A stretch of 64,000 bases of DNA from Azolla caroliniana (taxonomy: Eukaryota > Plantae > Polypodiophyta), in assembly GCA_043228905.1 (NCBI GenBank), contig JBHGNT010000002.1, positions 21,824,001 through 21,888,000 of the forward strand. The letters are read 5' to 3'. The notes beneath the pieces were generated by a model that was not told the origin of the DNA, made no database searches, and was given only the letters and a program-made list of their open reading frames with translations. Both the position numbers and the translations under genes were made by a program. Positions 1 to 13,800 of this stretch are shown in pieces. Position 1 is the stretch's first letter; every line of letters starts with the position of its first letter.

Positions 1-1327
1 GTTCTTGTGTCCTTGGTGTTTAAGCTCCAAAGATGTGCAGTATTGCACTCTCTTTCCAAGCTCCGCAACCCTGTTTTCTTCCTGGGAAAAGTGGCCTTCG
101 AGACTTTTCCATCATGCTCTGTATGTTGTTGTCTCTGTTGTCAGCAAGGATCATATACATGTTCCTTCAGGTTTCCCTTAACTGTAAATGCTAAGTTTCA
201 GCACGAAAGAAAAAAACAGTGCCATTGCGAATTTGCAATGAAATATATATCCTTCTAGAATTCAGACCACCAGGATTAACTTATGGTGAAGTCTGGATTT
301 GTCTAGGATCTAAATATTGAGAACTCACTCGCAACCTATACATCAATCGATTCACATGACGAACATGATGACTTATCACTTTACCATAATTGTTGTTCAT
401 GTGATGGATTCCTCTACTTTTCCAACAATAATCGAAGTTCGTCCTCATATCCTGTATTACCTTTCATGCCCTCCTTTTTACAAACTTGTATTTTCTGCAT
501 GCAGACTTACCTGTGGGTACCTGGGCATAATTCCACTTTTTGCATGTATGAGGATTTTGTGCCAGAATTTCCGGTTCATGGCTTACGACTCTGTTCACAT
601 TCTCATGAAGTGTGGTCTGCTGCTAGTCTATTGCTTTTGTTATTCTGGCCAGCACACTAGTATGTCTGTCAAGGAGCACCTATTTAGTTCCAGCATAATT
701 GGGTGTGTGGATTTCACTATGAAGGAGTTTCTTCAGACGTGGTCTTTGTTGTCACCACTACCTGATACACTAGAGGCACCGTGGCTATGTTGCCTTCTGA
801 ACAGTAATCGTTCTAATAGAAATTTTTAACCCTGCAGCTATTAGTATTACTTTCTGGTATATTTGAAAGAGTTGTTGCATTCACTTTCTTGTGGTGAGAC
901 TCTAGTCAATGTTGGTGAGCTCTACTGGATCATCAAGGGCAGGATTCAATTATATGCTTCTACTGGATCATCAAGGGCAGCAGATGAAAGAAGCCAAGCT
1001 TTCCTGTTTGTGTATTATCTAATTTGGCATTTGAATTTCTAGATATATGAGTAAATGAAGTTTGTGTAAAACATGAGATTCCTTTATCCTCTTAGCATGA
1101 AGATAGATCTCTGATTGTCTGCCGACAGACAATACCCCCGTTTACCATATCTTCAAGGGTAGAATAGAGACGAAGTCAGGCTTTCCTTGCATGATTTGGC
1201 TTGATTGGGAATCAAATTTAGCATTTATATTTTTACATATATGATTAAATGTACATTGTGTCAATTTTATGAATCCATTGCCCCCTTAGTATAGTATTAA
1301 GAAATATTTTCGGTTTTATGCTGACAG

Positions 1328-2973
1328 ACAATGCCCCCGTGTCAAAGGTGGCAGTCGTAGCATGTGGCATTGCCTCAGTATTAGTGGGCACACAAAGAGG
1401 GGCAAAGGCTTGTTGTCTTTCTTACCAGGTCAGTATTCTCTCTCAAACAAATATTTTCAGATATATACAAAATGGCAAGGGTTCCTTATTTATAAGAAGC
1501 TAGAAACTCATCATTTTGTTCTGGATGAATCCCAGGATATAGTCAAGAAATATCAGTTTTGGCGGGTATTGACAGCACCTTGCATTTTCTCATCGACACC
1601 TGAGCTTATTTTTGGTCTATATCTTATATACTACTTCCGGATATTTGAGAGGCAAATTGGCTCGAATAAATATACGGTTTAAGTTTCTCATTGATTTTGA
1701 TTTACATTAAACATTATATTTTGAAACTAGCAACTGATTCTTGTTACTCCTCTTTCTAGGTATTTTTGGCATTCACCACGATACTGTCTACACTGTTAAA
1801 TTTAGTGTCTATTTATATTCTGAAAGGTACCTGCTCTCGCCTTGCTAGACATGTATATCTTCGTTACTATTCAAATTATTGTAGGAATGCAAAATGCAAG
1901 AAACAATGCAAGAAACAATATGCCAGAATTTTATGGCAAGAAACAATATGCAACGATTTCTAGATTATGCAACGATTTCTAGAAACAATATGAAACAATT
2001 TCTAGATTATGCAAAATGCAAGAAACAATATGCCAGAATTTTATGGCACTTTCATCTTTTTTAAATATAACTATGAAATCAATTTTATGTACACATTTCT
2101 AGAAATATGTTGTCATTAAAGATTTTTATGCTTTAGATCCTTCTCCTTTGGGATTGTCCCCGGGGCCATATGGGCTCATATTTGCATCCTTTATCCCATT
2201 CTATTGTGATATTCCCACAACAACGCGACTCCGAATGTTTGGAGTCAGTTTTTCTGACAAGTCGTTTGTCTACATTGCTGGCTTGCAGGTATTAATTGAT
2301 ATATGTATGATTGGTATAGAACTTTGTCTAACTCCGTGTTTATCTCTACAAATATATGATTGCCACTTCCTTTCAGCTTTTGTTTTCCTCATGGAAACGG
2401 TCATTGATTCCTGGCATTTGTGGGTTGCTGGCTGGGGCCATTTATCGTGCAAATGTGTTTGGGATTCGGCGTATCAAAGTAAGAAAGTAGTTATGATATT
2501 TTTTGTTCATCTACATATAAATAAATGGTTTTTATTCCAAACCAGCAGTTCCCTGAAGTACTGGCTTTGGCAATTGGCCGCATTTTCCGGCCATTGTTTC
2601 CGAGAGTAAGCTCTCCAACGTCACGGGCGAGTGCCAGGAGACCTCAAACCATTGGTGGATCTCAGGTTTGTTATTCACAAATATTCTATAGGGAAGTTTA
2701 CCAAAAGTGAAGAGTCTTTTTGGCTATTTTCCATATCTATCCTGCCTCTGATTCTTAATGCCTTGTTTGCTGAGCCTTCTTTGATATGATTTGTGTTAGG
2801 GGCGTTTTCCACCATTGGCCCCCTCTGCACCAGTTTTGCTTCCACCTCCAGAAGAATCTGTGGCCATGTTGGTATCCATGGGGTTTGATAGGAACCGCGC
2901 TCTACAAGCCCTCTCACAAGCCAGAAATGATGTGGCTCGGGCGACAAATCTTCTACTCGAGGGTCAATCGTGA
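1328..2973 (+). CDS. RBL20: Rhomboid-like protein with C-terminal UBA domain (RBL18/RBL20, UBAC2-like); 5' coding exon not located
   Basis: GT-AG exons 1328-1428, 1536-1676, 1760-1826, 2137-2288, 2377-2478, 2549-2665, 2800-2973 join in frame: NAPVSK...[29 protein letters not shown]...[35 protein letters not shown]...UBA ([40 protein letters not shown]). This matches the recalled Arabidopsis RBL20-type sequence. Confidence 0.9.
1885..2050. repeat. Intronic mosaic of short tandem duplications
   Basis: Recurrent GCAAGAAACAAT, ATGCAACGATTTCTAGA and AAACAATATGCCAGAATTTTATGGCA units. Confidence 0.7.
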
Positions 2974-4879
2974 TTTCTGTCTCTCAAGAACTTTACTCAT
3001 GGAGCAATGTTTTGTATTTTTAGCATTGAAAACGTGAAATGCATTACCCTGTTTGGAGAAATGCTTTGCTAGTGCTAGGCATCAATCAACGTGCTGCGGT
3101 TGCTATTTGGCTCTGGATCTTGGAGCCAAAAGGATTTCTTGACATTGAAACATGAGATGAGATGGAAAAAGGAGATGTGAAGGGAAGACAGATGGCCCTT
3201 ATTGCATTAAAAGTTAATGGGCTTTATCCTTGCACAATTGGATGTCATTGATGTGAAATAAATAAAAGCTTTAAAGTCGAGGATGATAAATAGGATTGAG
3301 TAATAATTAGATTCCGATCAATGTTTTTTGTTAGCTACGTCGAATAGATTTTAAAGAATGTGATGCATTTTAACCTCACTTATTGTCATGTTGTTTCTGT
3401 AAAAGATGATCAGAGAACATCATACAAGGACAATTGCATTGAGAAGGTGAATGCTCATATTTTCTGATAGAGAGCAAATCCCAAAGGTTTTCATTGCATA
3501 TATTCATATTTGGGGGTTGATGCCATGATGCTACCCCAACACCTAATTTGCCTGAGCAAGTTTGAAGAAGTGGGAGAAGTGAAATGCAATTGGATACATT
3601 TTACCTTGTATTGGGACTTGCTTGGCATTTTCAATGTAATATTTCAAATTTTGGCATTTAGCATCTTGCCACTTCATCTTCAATGCCTCCAGTAATTTGT
3701 CCTCAATTCCTCAATGATCACATGATTCATAGCATTACTTAAGAACTCCATTGCTCTGCATCTCTTAAACCATTTCATAATGCAAAGCACCCAACTAAAT
3801 GGGAGGATTTTTTTGTATTCATGTCCTAAGTTTGTTCATGCAAGTGTATTCTTGACTTGTGATATACTAGTGTATTTTTTGCATGGCTAGTATCTGTATT
3901 GGCAGAGCATGTGTTTCAAATAGCATTAAGCATGTTTCAATGTTGCATATAGATTTTCATGTACCACATCCCTAGGGTCATTTACAAAAACCTTTTGCTC
4001 AAAATCTTTTGCTTGATGAAGACTTGAAGGGTTTGATGGATTTACAACCCATCCTAGTGAACTAAATTGAAATGGAAAGGGTAATCCCTTGTCTTTGCAT
4101 TGCCAAGGAGCTCTTCGAGGTACTTCCCTTATTCTTGTACTACCTTGCCGGGTAGTATCATGAGTAGTGGGCAAACTAATACATTACATATTCATTGATT
4201 TCCCCTTAGCTTGCCCTTTGCATGATGCCAATATTCATGAACAACATTTAGATTAGGCCTATCAAATGGTTTTTCTCCTTATTTGTAAGGTCATGCTCAA
4301 GTTGTGCAGTCACATGCGCTTACACAATGTCACAAGGATAATGATATGGATTTGTGTGCTTTAAGTTGCGATATCAATTAGGGATTTTGTGGCAATGAGT
4401 ATGATATTAAAAAATAAGTAGAGATTGATGATGATGTGCTTTATAATAGGATATCTTGGGATAAGGATGTACGGTGTGATGCCAATATGTTCAAAAATGT
4501 TGTGGCTACTATAGATAAGGAAAATATTGATTTTGATATTATTGTCTATAATGACAACCACAATGATGATGAACAAGATTAGTCTTGGATGCAAAAACAG
4601 TAGAGTTTGATTTCCCTTATTCTTAGGCCCAAAATTTTGAAGTGGGCCTATTTGTCACCTACTTGAGACAATGTTTCTTCATCCATAATAACAATAATAT
4701 CTGATATACCAACATCTCTCCTAACTCCTTTATCATTCCCTTCATCGAGAGCCTCCATAGCCGAAGGATAATGACATGGAAACCCGTCATAAAGTAGCCC
4801 CATTCACCACATCCAAAGTAATGATGTGCAAATGTCTCCCATTTCAATTTAAAACAAAGTCATTTCAGACCAATTGTGT

Positions 4880-5425
4880 TCATACATGATGAGGAAAGAT
4901 AGAAAAATGATAGAGAAGGGAAGAGGAAGAGAAAAGAATACTTAAATATACTATTAAGAAAACAATACAATCTTCTTGGACTCTAAAAAGAACTACGTCA
5001 ATCTCAATGACACTAGTCAATAATAGTCTTTCATTCTTCTCTCTTTCTTCTACTAAGACTCCTTTCACTTCTTCTAGCCTTCTTATTCTTCCTCCACTCT
5101 AATTGCTAAGAATACCCTCCTATTTATAGGGTTTTAGTTGCGTTAATCTTGCTTTTTTCTTTTCTTTTTACATATCCTTGAGTTTATGTGAGGTATTTTT
5201 TATATCACTATTTCTATTTTGGCATCCCAAATTTGTCATACAAGAAAGCTCTCTTCGTCAACTTTCTTACGAATCTTTTCTTTTGAAATTTGGATATGAG
5301 ATGAAGAAATTATGAGCTTTTTTCTTTACCTTGGTTTTTCTACATTTTTCTGCGCCTTTTTTTCTTTCTCTTTTTTCCTGGTTTTTCTACTTTTGAAAAA
5401 CACCTCTAACTTTATATCCCCCCAA
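4880..5425 (-). mobile_element. Degenerate LTR-like segment
   Basis: Minus strand has a purine/G-run (GGGGGGA near 5420), then an LTR-type TATA box CCCTATAAATAGGAGG (~5116-5131). Ends are not well defined. Confidence 0.3.
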
Positions 5426-5977
5426 CTTAATGAGTGCACAATATCATTTCAAAATCCCATTGGTGGGTGGAAGGTCAAAGGTTAACACATGTCCTTAGGC
5501 CAACTACCTAACAACGAGTTGTTCATTTATTGAGGTTGAAGAAGAGATCCCAAGTCATATTGTTGTAGCAATGAAACTTGTCACGTCAAAGGGAGGTGAC
5601 TACTATGTACATAACTATAATTGATCATGAGATAGTTTTTCCGTAGTCCTAGTTTCCTCATGAAGTGCAAGTTTAATATTTCTGTGAAAGGAACAAGGGT
5701 ATGAATTGTAATATTTAATTCTACGATATGGGATATATTGAATGTGTTATTATTTGACCACTTCACATACAGTGGTCTAGTGTGAACACACTTGGGCCTA
5801 AGGTTTCTGACGAAAAGAAGGCTAGCTACCTTCTTATCATGGGAGGCTTACTTTAATGTTGAGACTATGGGAGTATGGTTATTGCTCTTGTTAGCTAAGC
5901 ATGTCTGATCCTCGTGGAACCCAAGCTACAACGCGCATCAACCCTTGATAGTATGGGACAATAATATTGTTGATTAA

Positions 5978-6400
5978 ATGAAAGTGATAACATGGAATGT
6001 GAGAGGGCCATGTTTCCCAAATAAGAAATTATGAGAAACGTTGTTAAGTAGAAAATGGCATACACTTATTATGTGCAATAGAGTGTAAGTGTCCATAATT
6101 CATCTACATGGATATTTATCATTCTATGCAAGAGATTTTATGGATTTTGGTGTGGAGGTAATTGTGGAGGATAAGTATTATCCTCGATTTGTGCACAATG
6201 ATTCCTATGGTTGGTTTTTGTTATAAAAACCCCTTATTTTGGTCTAGTTGTATGGTTGATGGAGATTTATGCCCCTAACCAAGCCACTCAAAATATTGCA
6301 TTATGGAGCTCACTCCTTCCAATTAGGATTTTACCCACAATTGTATGTTTTGGATTTTCTCTGTTTCATTCCATGCACAAGTGTCACAATGCCACCCCAC
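5978..6400 (+). mobile_element. LINE (L1-type) APE endonuclease relic
   Basis: ATG 5978 reads MKVITWNVRG (typical WNVRG endonuclease start), and downstream EIYAPNQ..NIALWSSL (NIYAPN..LW motif). Broken by stops. Confidence 0.6.
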
Positions 6401-7843
6401 ACTTTCACCCATAAAGCAACACTTGGGCTACTATAGCATTGAATAGCATGAATCTAAGTTCTCATAGCATACATTCCACATATTTGTCAATGGGACATTA
6501 ATACCAACATACTTGAAGCTTTGCATCACTTGTATTGGTTCTCCCTTGTATGTAAAAGTGGGGTAGTGTCATTGTTGTATTGCTTTTATTGCCATCATTT
6601 TATGAGATAGGGAAAGACAACCAATGCCCAAATCTCAACCTTTTATATATCAAGTGAGATTTTTAATTGATGGTGGATATGTATAAATATAATATGAAAT
6701 GATTATCCAATGGCTTGTATGCAAGGGTCCACATTTTGAAATTGTGTGCAAGATTGAAATTTTCATGCTGTATTGTACTGGAGAACAATTGCTAATTTTA
6801 TTGCAAAGATAGCTTTTCTGTTTTCATTTTACTGTCACCTTTGCTCAAAGACAAAATCTCATTGCAGGCAAACAATTGATAGGTTCAGTGTATAGACACA
6901 CCCCACCGTAGGCAATGTATAAAAACAATCATCACAAGTGAATGAATTATACTAATCCTACAGTGGTGGCAAATCAGGTTCATTAAAGAGGCATCCCAAA
7001 GTCTGCAAGGAGTTTCTTGTATCAAGACAGTGGTTACAGGGTTGCCACTGGTTTGACAAAATGAAATGAAATCTATGGAATGGGTTTCACAAACTGTCAC
7101 ACACATGATACTTTACTTAACAAACATGTTCCAGTTGCAATGCATGAAGGATTTGAGCAGCCATTCACAATGGTAAATAAAGTAAATAAAGTATCCTATT
7201 ACCACATCCATCATGTAAAACACCAAGTAAATCAATTGATAGAAACTATCCAGATCCATTACCAAAGAGAGAGTTTATCTGAAAACGTTTATGAAGCAAA
7301 TAGAAGAGCAAGCCATTATTGGAAGACCCATGTTTAGATACAATAAAGTTAGCCTAATCATTTATTTGAACCTACTGAAGAACAAAAGATACAAGGCATG
7401 TGGAACACAAGTAGTGTTGGGTCTTTAGGATGTCCAAAATAACAAATCCACCCGCATTTCTTGTTGAATTCCATGGCTCTTTTGCCTTAATCTCATTGTT
7501 ACAGAGAAAGACATTGCCATTCATAGATATGCAAACATAAAACTGGCATACGGTAGTAAAACCAATTTTTACATTGATGGTCACGGCTTTGTGTGACGTA
7601 GGGGTGAGGGCAATGCAAAATCAATACAAGCAAAATTACTATTGTTTCTACATGTCCTTTGGACTATGGTACCACCATAAAATGTCTGGAATAAATTGCA
7701 GCAAGTCCACCATTGTTTTGGAAGAATTGCCTTTGCCTAAATAAAACTAAATAGTCACAAAAGTTTTCGAGGATGTCCCTCTTACAAGATTCCAATGAAG
7801 AGCTTAAGCTATCTGCTCTAAATTGACACTATCCAACTATTTT

Positions 7844-10800
7844 TCACATGAGGAACAAACCTTGACACAAGAGAAGTTCGCCATTTTCTACTCTACATCT
7901 GAATCTGATTCTCTCTAGTAACGAGGTGTCTCCATCAATGAGAGGGTAATTTTCTTCAGCAACATGATCATCTACTGTGAAAAGTGATATGCTTGATGAT
8001 TTTCCAGTTTGATGGCACATACTTGATGATTTGTTTCCTGTCTGCATATTGACCGGTTTGTACTCAGTAAATAGTGGCTCCACATGTGACTCTGTCAGTA
8101 AAGATTCACTCAAATTCCTACTAGCGCCAGACTTTCTTGAAACATTTGGCCTTAGATTAGTGTTTCTCCCAAACTGATTATTGGCACCTGGACTAAGCCT
8201 GTCAAAAACATTACCGTTGATGCTTTTTCCAAGATGTTTTTTGAGCCCCTGCAAGACATTAATGAATCTCTTTTTTCCCTTTTTCCTCCATAAACCTCTA
8301 TCATCCTCCCTCTCTTTATCATATTGTGCCTATCCCTAATTGATAAATAGTATTTTGGCTACAATACCATGTTTCATAAAACCAATAAACCTGGATCAAA
8401 GACCTTGAAGACTGAAAGGGTTAATCCATGACCATCTGGTCTTCACCCATTATGGGATAACCTTAACTTTCTCTAGGGAGATAAGGTATCATCATCCTCA
8501 CCTCTCTTTAGACAATAGAACATTGTGTCAATCACAGAAAGATCTGCAGTGATCTTAGCTGAGATTGTACAGACACCTATGAATTTGTGACAAAACATCC
8601 GAAGGGTTTTTGATGTTCGGAAAGGGGTTTGGGTCACTACATAAAATCTGAAAGCAGCAAAACAGAGCCACCTCCATAACACAAATGGGCTTCGCTCATA
8701 TCAATTCTATATGCAATAACCCACACCTCTACGTGGGATCACTTACAAGCAAAGGTCATTGAAAACCTTGAGAAGGAGAAACATATGGCCATTCAGAAGG
8801 ATGGAAGTGTACTTGGAGAGTGGACAACTGAAATATTCAAGATCATCACGCATATCTAAATCCCTGACATAGCAAGACAACACATGTCCAATACATAAAG
8901 AAGCTACATGAGGAAACAGCACAGATACAACATGAAGTGTCTCTCTAATAAGGGAAGCAAACTGACTATGTGAATTGAAAGCAAGAATACGAGACAAAGA
9001 GGATGAAACCCTCAATCTAGTTCAAGTAAAGGATAAAATCTCAGGACAGGACCTATCTAAAAGAGAAAATAGAGAAATGTAAGTTTCCAGGAAAAAACAG
9101 ATGCCAAAAAGCAAGAAAATCCTTTCAAATTAAGGTGAAAAATGATGGAGACGATGTCCCTTAAAACGAGAGAGCTCACAAAATATTCACTTCAAAGAGA
9201 ATATTACCTGACTTGGACTACTGTCATTGCCACCAGCTGCTTCAGCTTCCCACTGTAACCATGGAAGAACAACTCCATCACTTCCAATCAGGAAATCTTT
9301 TTTGGATGGTCCTCCTTTTGCATCAGCCTGAGATAATCCCGATTTCGCAGTTGACTCTGGATCACCTGATCTTCCTTTCCTATACCTGGTTTTATTCTCT
9401 TTCTCACGCATTGAATCATCAGAGTCTGCTGGACAATCCAATGACGAGATAGAAACACATTCATCAAAATACTTCTGTGCTTCATCATCTAGACTCTTCA
9501 GAACATGTTGCTTCTCAGAACTATTCTGCAATAAATAAAAATTTAGCATGTTAACTATTACCACAACTCATGTATGATTAAATTTTAAGGTTCAGTGTAC
9601 CATGCATACAAACTTAACCTTTCTCCTTAAGGGTCTCCTCCTATTGGAGGAGGTATGAGATGCAGAAGTCATCGTTGGAGGTGGTGGGGTTGGGAGAAGT
9701 TCCTTCACAATCTTAGAAAGCTCTAAGCAACGCCTTTCTTCTACTGCTATCTGTGACCATAGTTCTTGAACCCTTTTCTCAGACTGCAAAGCCAAACAGA
9801 CATCATACAGACATCCAATCAATAAGTTATAAATTTATATGGAAGACTTGAGAAATGCATAACGCGAACTTTGAACATATTTCAAAACATCAAAGATGGT
9901 TAGAACACATTGCGTGAAATTAAAACATGCCACATTAATACAGTGGAACAACGATTGGTCACAAAAATTGGATGATCCATAAGTACCTTCTTTGTTTCAT
10001 ATAGTAAAAATTCATTATCAGACCAGCTCTAAAAACCAGTTTCTAACAAATTCAGCTTGACGTACACAAAATTACAAGTGCGTTCAATAGTTTTCTTGGC
10101 TCATATGGTAAAACTCCAAATTCCAGAAACCATACATACAACAAATTACTAATTTTTGTACACATTAAAAACATTAATTTCTTGTAAACATCCAGTGACA
10201 ATCCAAGCAAACAAAGAGTGTTGTCACCTGCTCAAAACATTAGGCAATTGACAAGCATAATCATTGGTCCTGATTGAAACCACAGCTGGAATTCGTCTTT
10301 CAACTCCCTGCTCTGTTTTCATAAATTCTAAAACTACTTTTAAGTTTGCTTTTACAAAAAGCGTTTTCTGCTTTTCTGTTACATCTTCTGCTTTTGACTC
10401 TTTCTGAGAAGGTGCATAAACACACTTATTCTCTGCATGATTTACATTGTGACACCTATAATCTCTCCCAACATGTAACATTTGCATGCTTTTCAAACCT
10501 ATGTTTACAATCTAATACTACGATATGATGCTAAATTGATTCACCCCATACATATACAAATTCTTCAATGGAAAACCTTACTAATGCATCAAATAGGGCA
10601 ATGAGTAGTTCTCAAAAACAATTATACATGCTCACTCATAATCGTGTACAATATGACCACTCATCAAAACATTATGTTGTACAACAATGGCAACCAATCA
10701 TTCCTTCAGCCCCATTCCTAGCCTTCAAGCTCACTCATAATCGTACAACAATGCAACCAATCATTCCTTCAGTCCCATTCCTAGCCTTCAAGATGGGTCC

Positions 10801-13800
10801 ATGGCTATGCTAGAGTGCTATACCTGAGCTTGAGGTGATTGAGAGTTTAAAGTGTCAGTAACCATATCATGCTGTAAACGTATGCCAATGCATTCAATCT
10901 TCATCTTGGTTTCTGTAAGGAAAATCACGGTTCTGCTGAAACCAAAGTGCACAATTGTGGAGGTGTATCTCCTCAAGAAAGTTGACTGTGTAATGCAGAT
11001 TACCTTCAACCTAATTCATGAAGTGATTTCTTGTGCATGTAATTTATAGATCATATCACATACTATATCCTCTAACCAGGAATCACACAGCATGAGCGAA
11101 AGAAAGAGGAAGGAATCAGGAACAATATTGTGCAGTAATATATCAAGAAAATAGTTCAAATGTAAATCCTCATCTTAAGAATCACAAGACCCTGTGCTCG
11201 GATTTCAAATCTCCTAGTAAAAATACTAGGTAGACTGGTCGTCATACTTTACCAAAGGATTTAAATTAAATTTCGTTACAGTATGCCACAAATAATTGTA
11301 TTGATCATGATAAATTACATAATACCAGTTACCTTTTCATTTTGCTCCTTAATACACCATCTCTCATAAAAAAAACCATGAGCATTGATGGAAGTAAAGC
11401 CAGGTAAAGCTCAATCGAGGGTTGAACCAACTCTCAACTACAGACAAGGAAACCTAAAAGAAGGAATCAATTTAAATTAAGGAATTCTTTAACAGTTCGC
11501 TAAAGACGTCTACATACCAGGGAAAGCATTCACAAACTATGAAAACAAGAATCATAAATAGAAAGTAAAATAAACCAAACCTTCAATAGACATGCACATA
11601 AAAGTCTAATCTATCAGAGACTTTAAGATGATACAAATTCATGAGCTATAAATCAAATGACAACTTTTATAATTGAGCTCTCAAGAAGACAATGAGATTT
11701 TGAGATGAATCATGCTACCTCTTCAAGTTTTGTGGAGTACTCCTTGCGTATCTCAGCAACAGCCAGAGTAACATCTGTCCCTTGAGACTCTGATCCATTT
11801 TCTTCTCCAAAAGTAGATGCCAAGTTGCTGTTTTTTCGCATGGACTGCTCCAAATAAATAAAAGAATTTTATTCATAAACAGTGAACTAGAACAGCAATA
11901 TCGAATTGCCATGATTAAACCCTCATAAAAATTGGAGATTGCACTATTTTTTATCAATAATAAAATAAATAATCTCTGTAAAATTTCTGGTGCTTCACGC
12001 ATTCTAATGATTACATCACACGTTCTATTCCTTTCTCTTTTTCTTTTAAAGATTATCTGTACAAACAATCTTCAAATTTGCCATTCATCCTAAATCTGAG
12101 GGAAGGGAAGAACAAAGCATAAAATATACAATAACAGTAGACAGGAAACTTAGCTATATCACTGATACCATGCAAAATAAACCACAGCAAGCAGCAGTTG
12201 AAGCTCAGGCAGCTTTGTAGGAAATATTGGTGGTTGTAAAAATCTTATCATGCAAAGACATTTCATCTATGACTTAGACACAATACATTATTGCCTACAG
12301 TGACTCAAAAGATCATCCATTTCTAGATACAAACTAAATAAAATTGAAGAGTTAATACCATCTGAACCGAAACTCCTAGGTGCATTCAAATTAACTAGTT
12401 GAAATGTTGATTAATATACTGCTCATAATCATATACCTCCTCTAACTCCATCCTGATATCTGCTACAGCACGTTTGACCTCCGATCTCATGGCATCAAGG
12501 AAACCATTCATACCAACATCCCCAACAGGTGGATCAGACTGTAATGACTGTGGCATTCAATCATCAACTTATTTACTACACTTCAAGTCGAGCAATTCCA
12601 ACCAGCTGATTCAACAACTTATAAGTAAATGTACCTTCATTTGTGCAAAAACAGCTCTAATCGTTTTCTCCTCGGCCAAGTCTTCTGCATCATCCTGCTC
12701 ATCTTTTTTGATAGACACAACAGTGGTATGCCTCTGAACAAAAGAGAACACATAAAGCAAATGTACGGGATCAGACTCAATACATACACAATTTTTCTTA
12801 TGCTTTATGAAGAGAGAATACCTACGTTTGTGGACAGAAGACTCGAGAGGACAAATAGAATAAATATAGGCCACTTCTCAACTTCATAAAAACAGATATA
12901 TGGTTCCCTAAAGCTATGAATGTGCACGCAAGATTATTCAAAAGGCTAAGTTACAACTAAATAAGGCATCACATGGTGAAATGATGAAACTACACAATCA
13001 AGTTCTTTATACAGTTAAGAAAGCAAAGAAAAACACGTAATAAGATATTCATGTAAGAATTTCACTAGAGAGAGTAACAGGTAGTGACAATGTAAGTAGC
13101 AGAATAAATATATGCAACTTTTGAACTTCCTTAGAGACAGAAATATGGTTTCCAAGAGCTAACAATGTGTGCACAAGATTATTTAAAAGACTAAGTTGCA
13201 ACAAGAAAATGATTGCATGGTGATAGCCATGAAATTATGGTATCCAGCTCTTTCTACAGCTAAAAAGCCAGAAATAAGACATTGAAGTAAGAATTTCACT
13301 CGAGAGAGTAACAGGTAGAGACAATGTAACTAGCAGAACAAATATAGGCAACTTATACACTTCCCTGAAGACAGAAATATGGTTTCCAAGAGCTACCAAC
13401 GTGTGCACAAGATTATTCAAAAGGCTAAGTTATAGCAAAGTAAGACATTACACAGTCAGATGATAACCATGAATTTATGCAATCCAGCTCTCTATACAGC
13501 TAAGAAAGCAAAGAAAAACCAATAATAAGATGTTAAACCAAGAATTCCACTCAAAAAAGCAACAGGTAGAGATTACTCAACAGCAGAGGTTACAACAAAA
13601 TAAAGCATCACATGGTCAGATGATAACCATGAAATTATGCAATCCAGCTCTTTACAAGGGTAAGAAATCAAAGAGAACTAAGAAATAAGATATTAAAGTA
13701 AGAATTTTACTCAAGAGTCAAACAGGCAGAGACAATGTAATATAATAAATATAGGCACAACTTCTGAACTTTGGTGGAGACAAGCATACAGTTTCTAAGA

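Noticed and set aside
7-829. ORFs of 83 and 170 aa at the window start
   Set aside because: No recognisable motifs; probably intron 1 or upstream sequence of the rhomboid-like gene.
4659-4847. HYFGCGEWGYF resembling a LINE ORF1 zinc knuckle
   Set aside because: Too degenerate to call; at most a relic.
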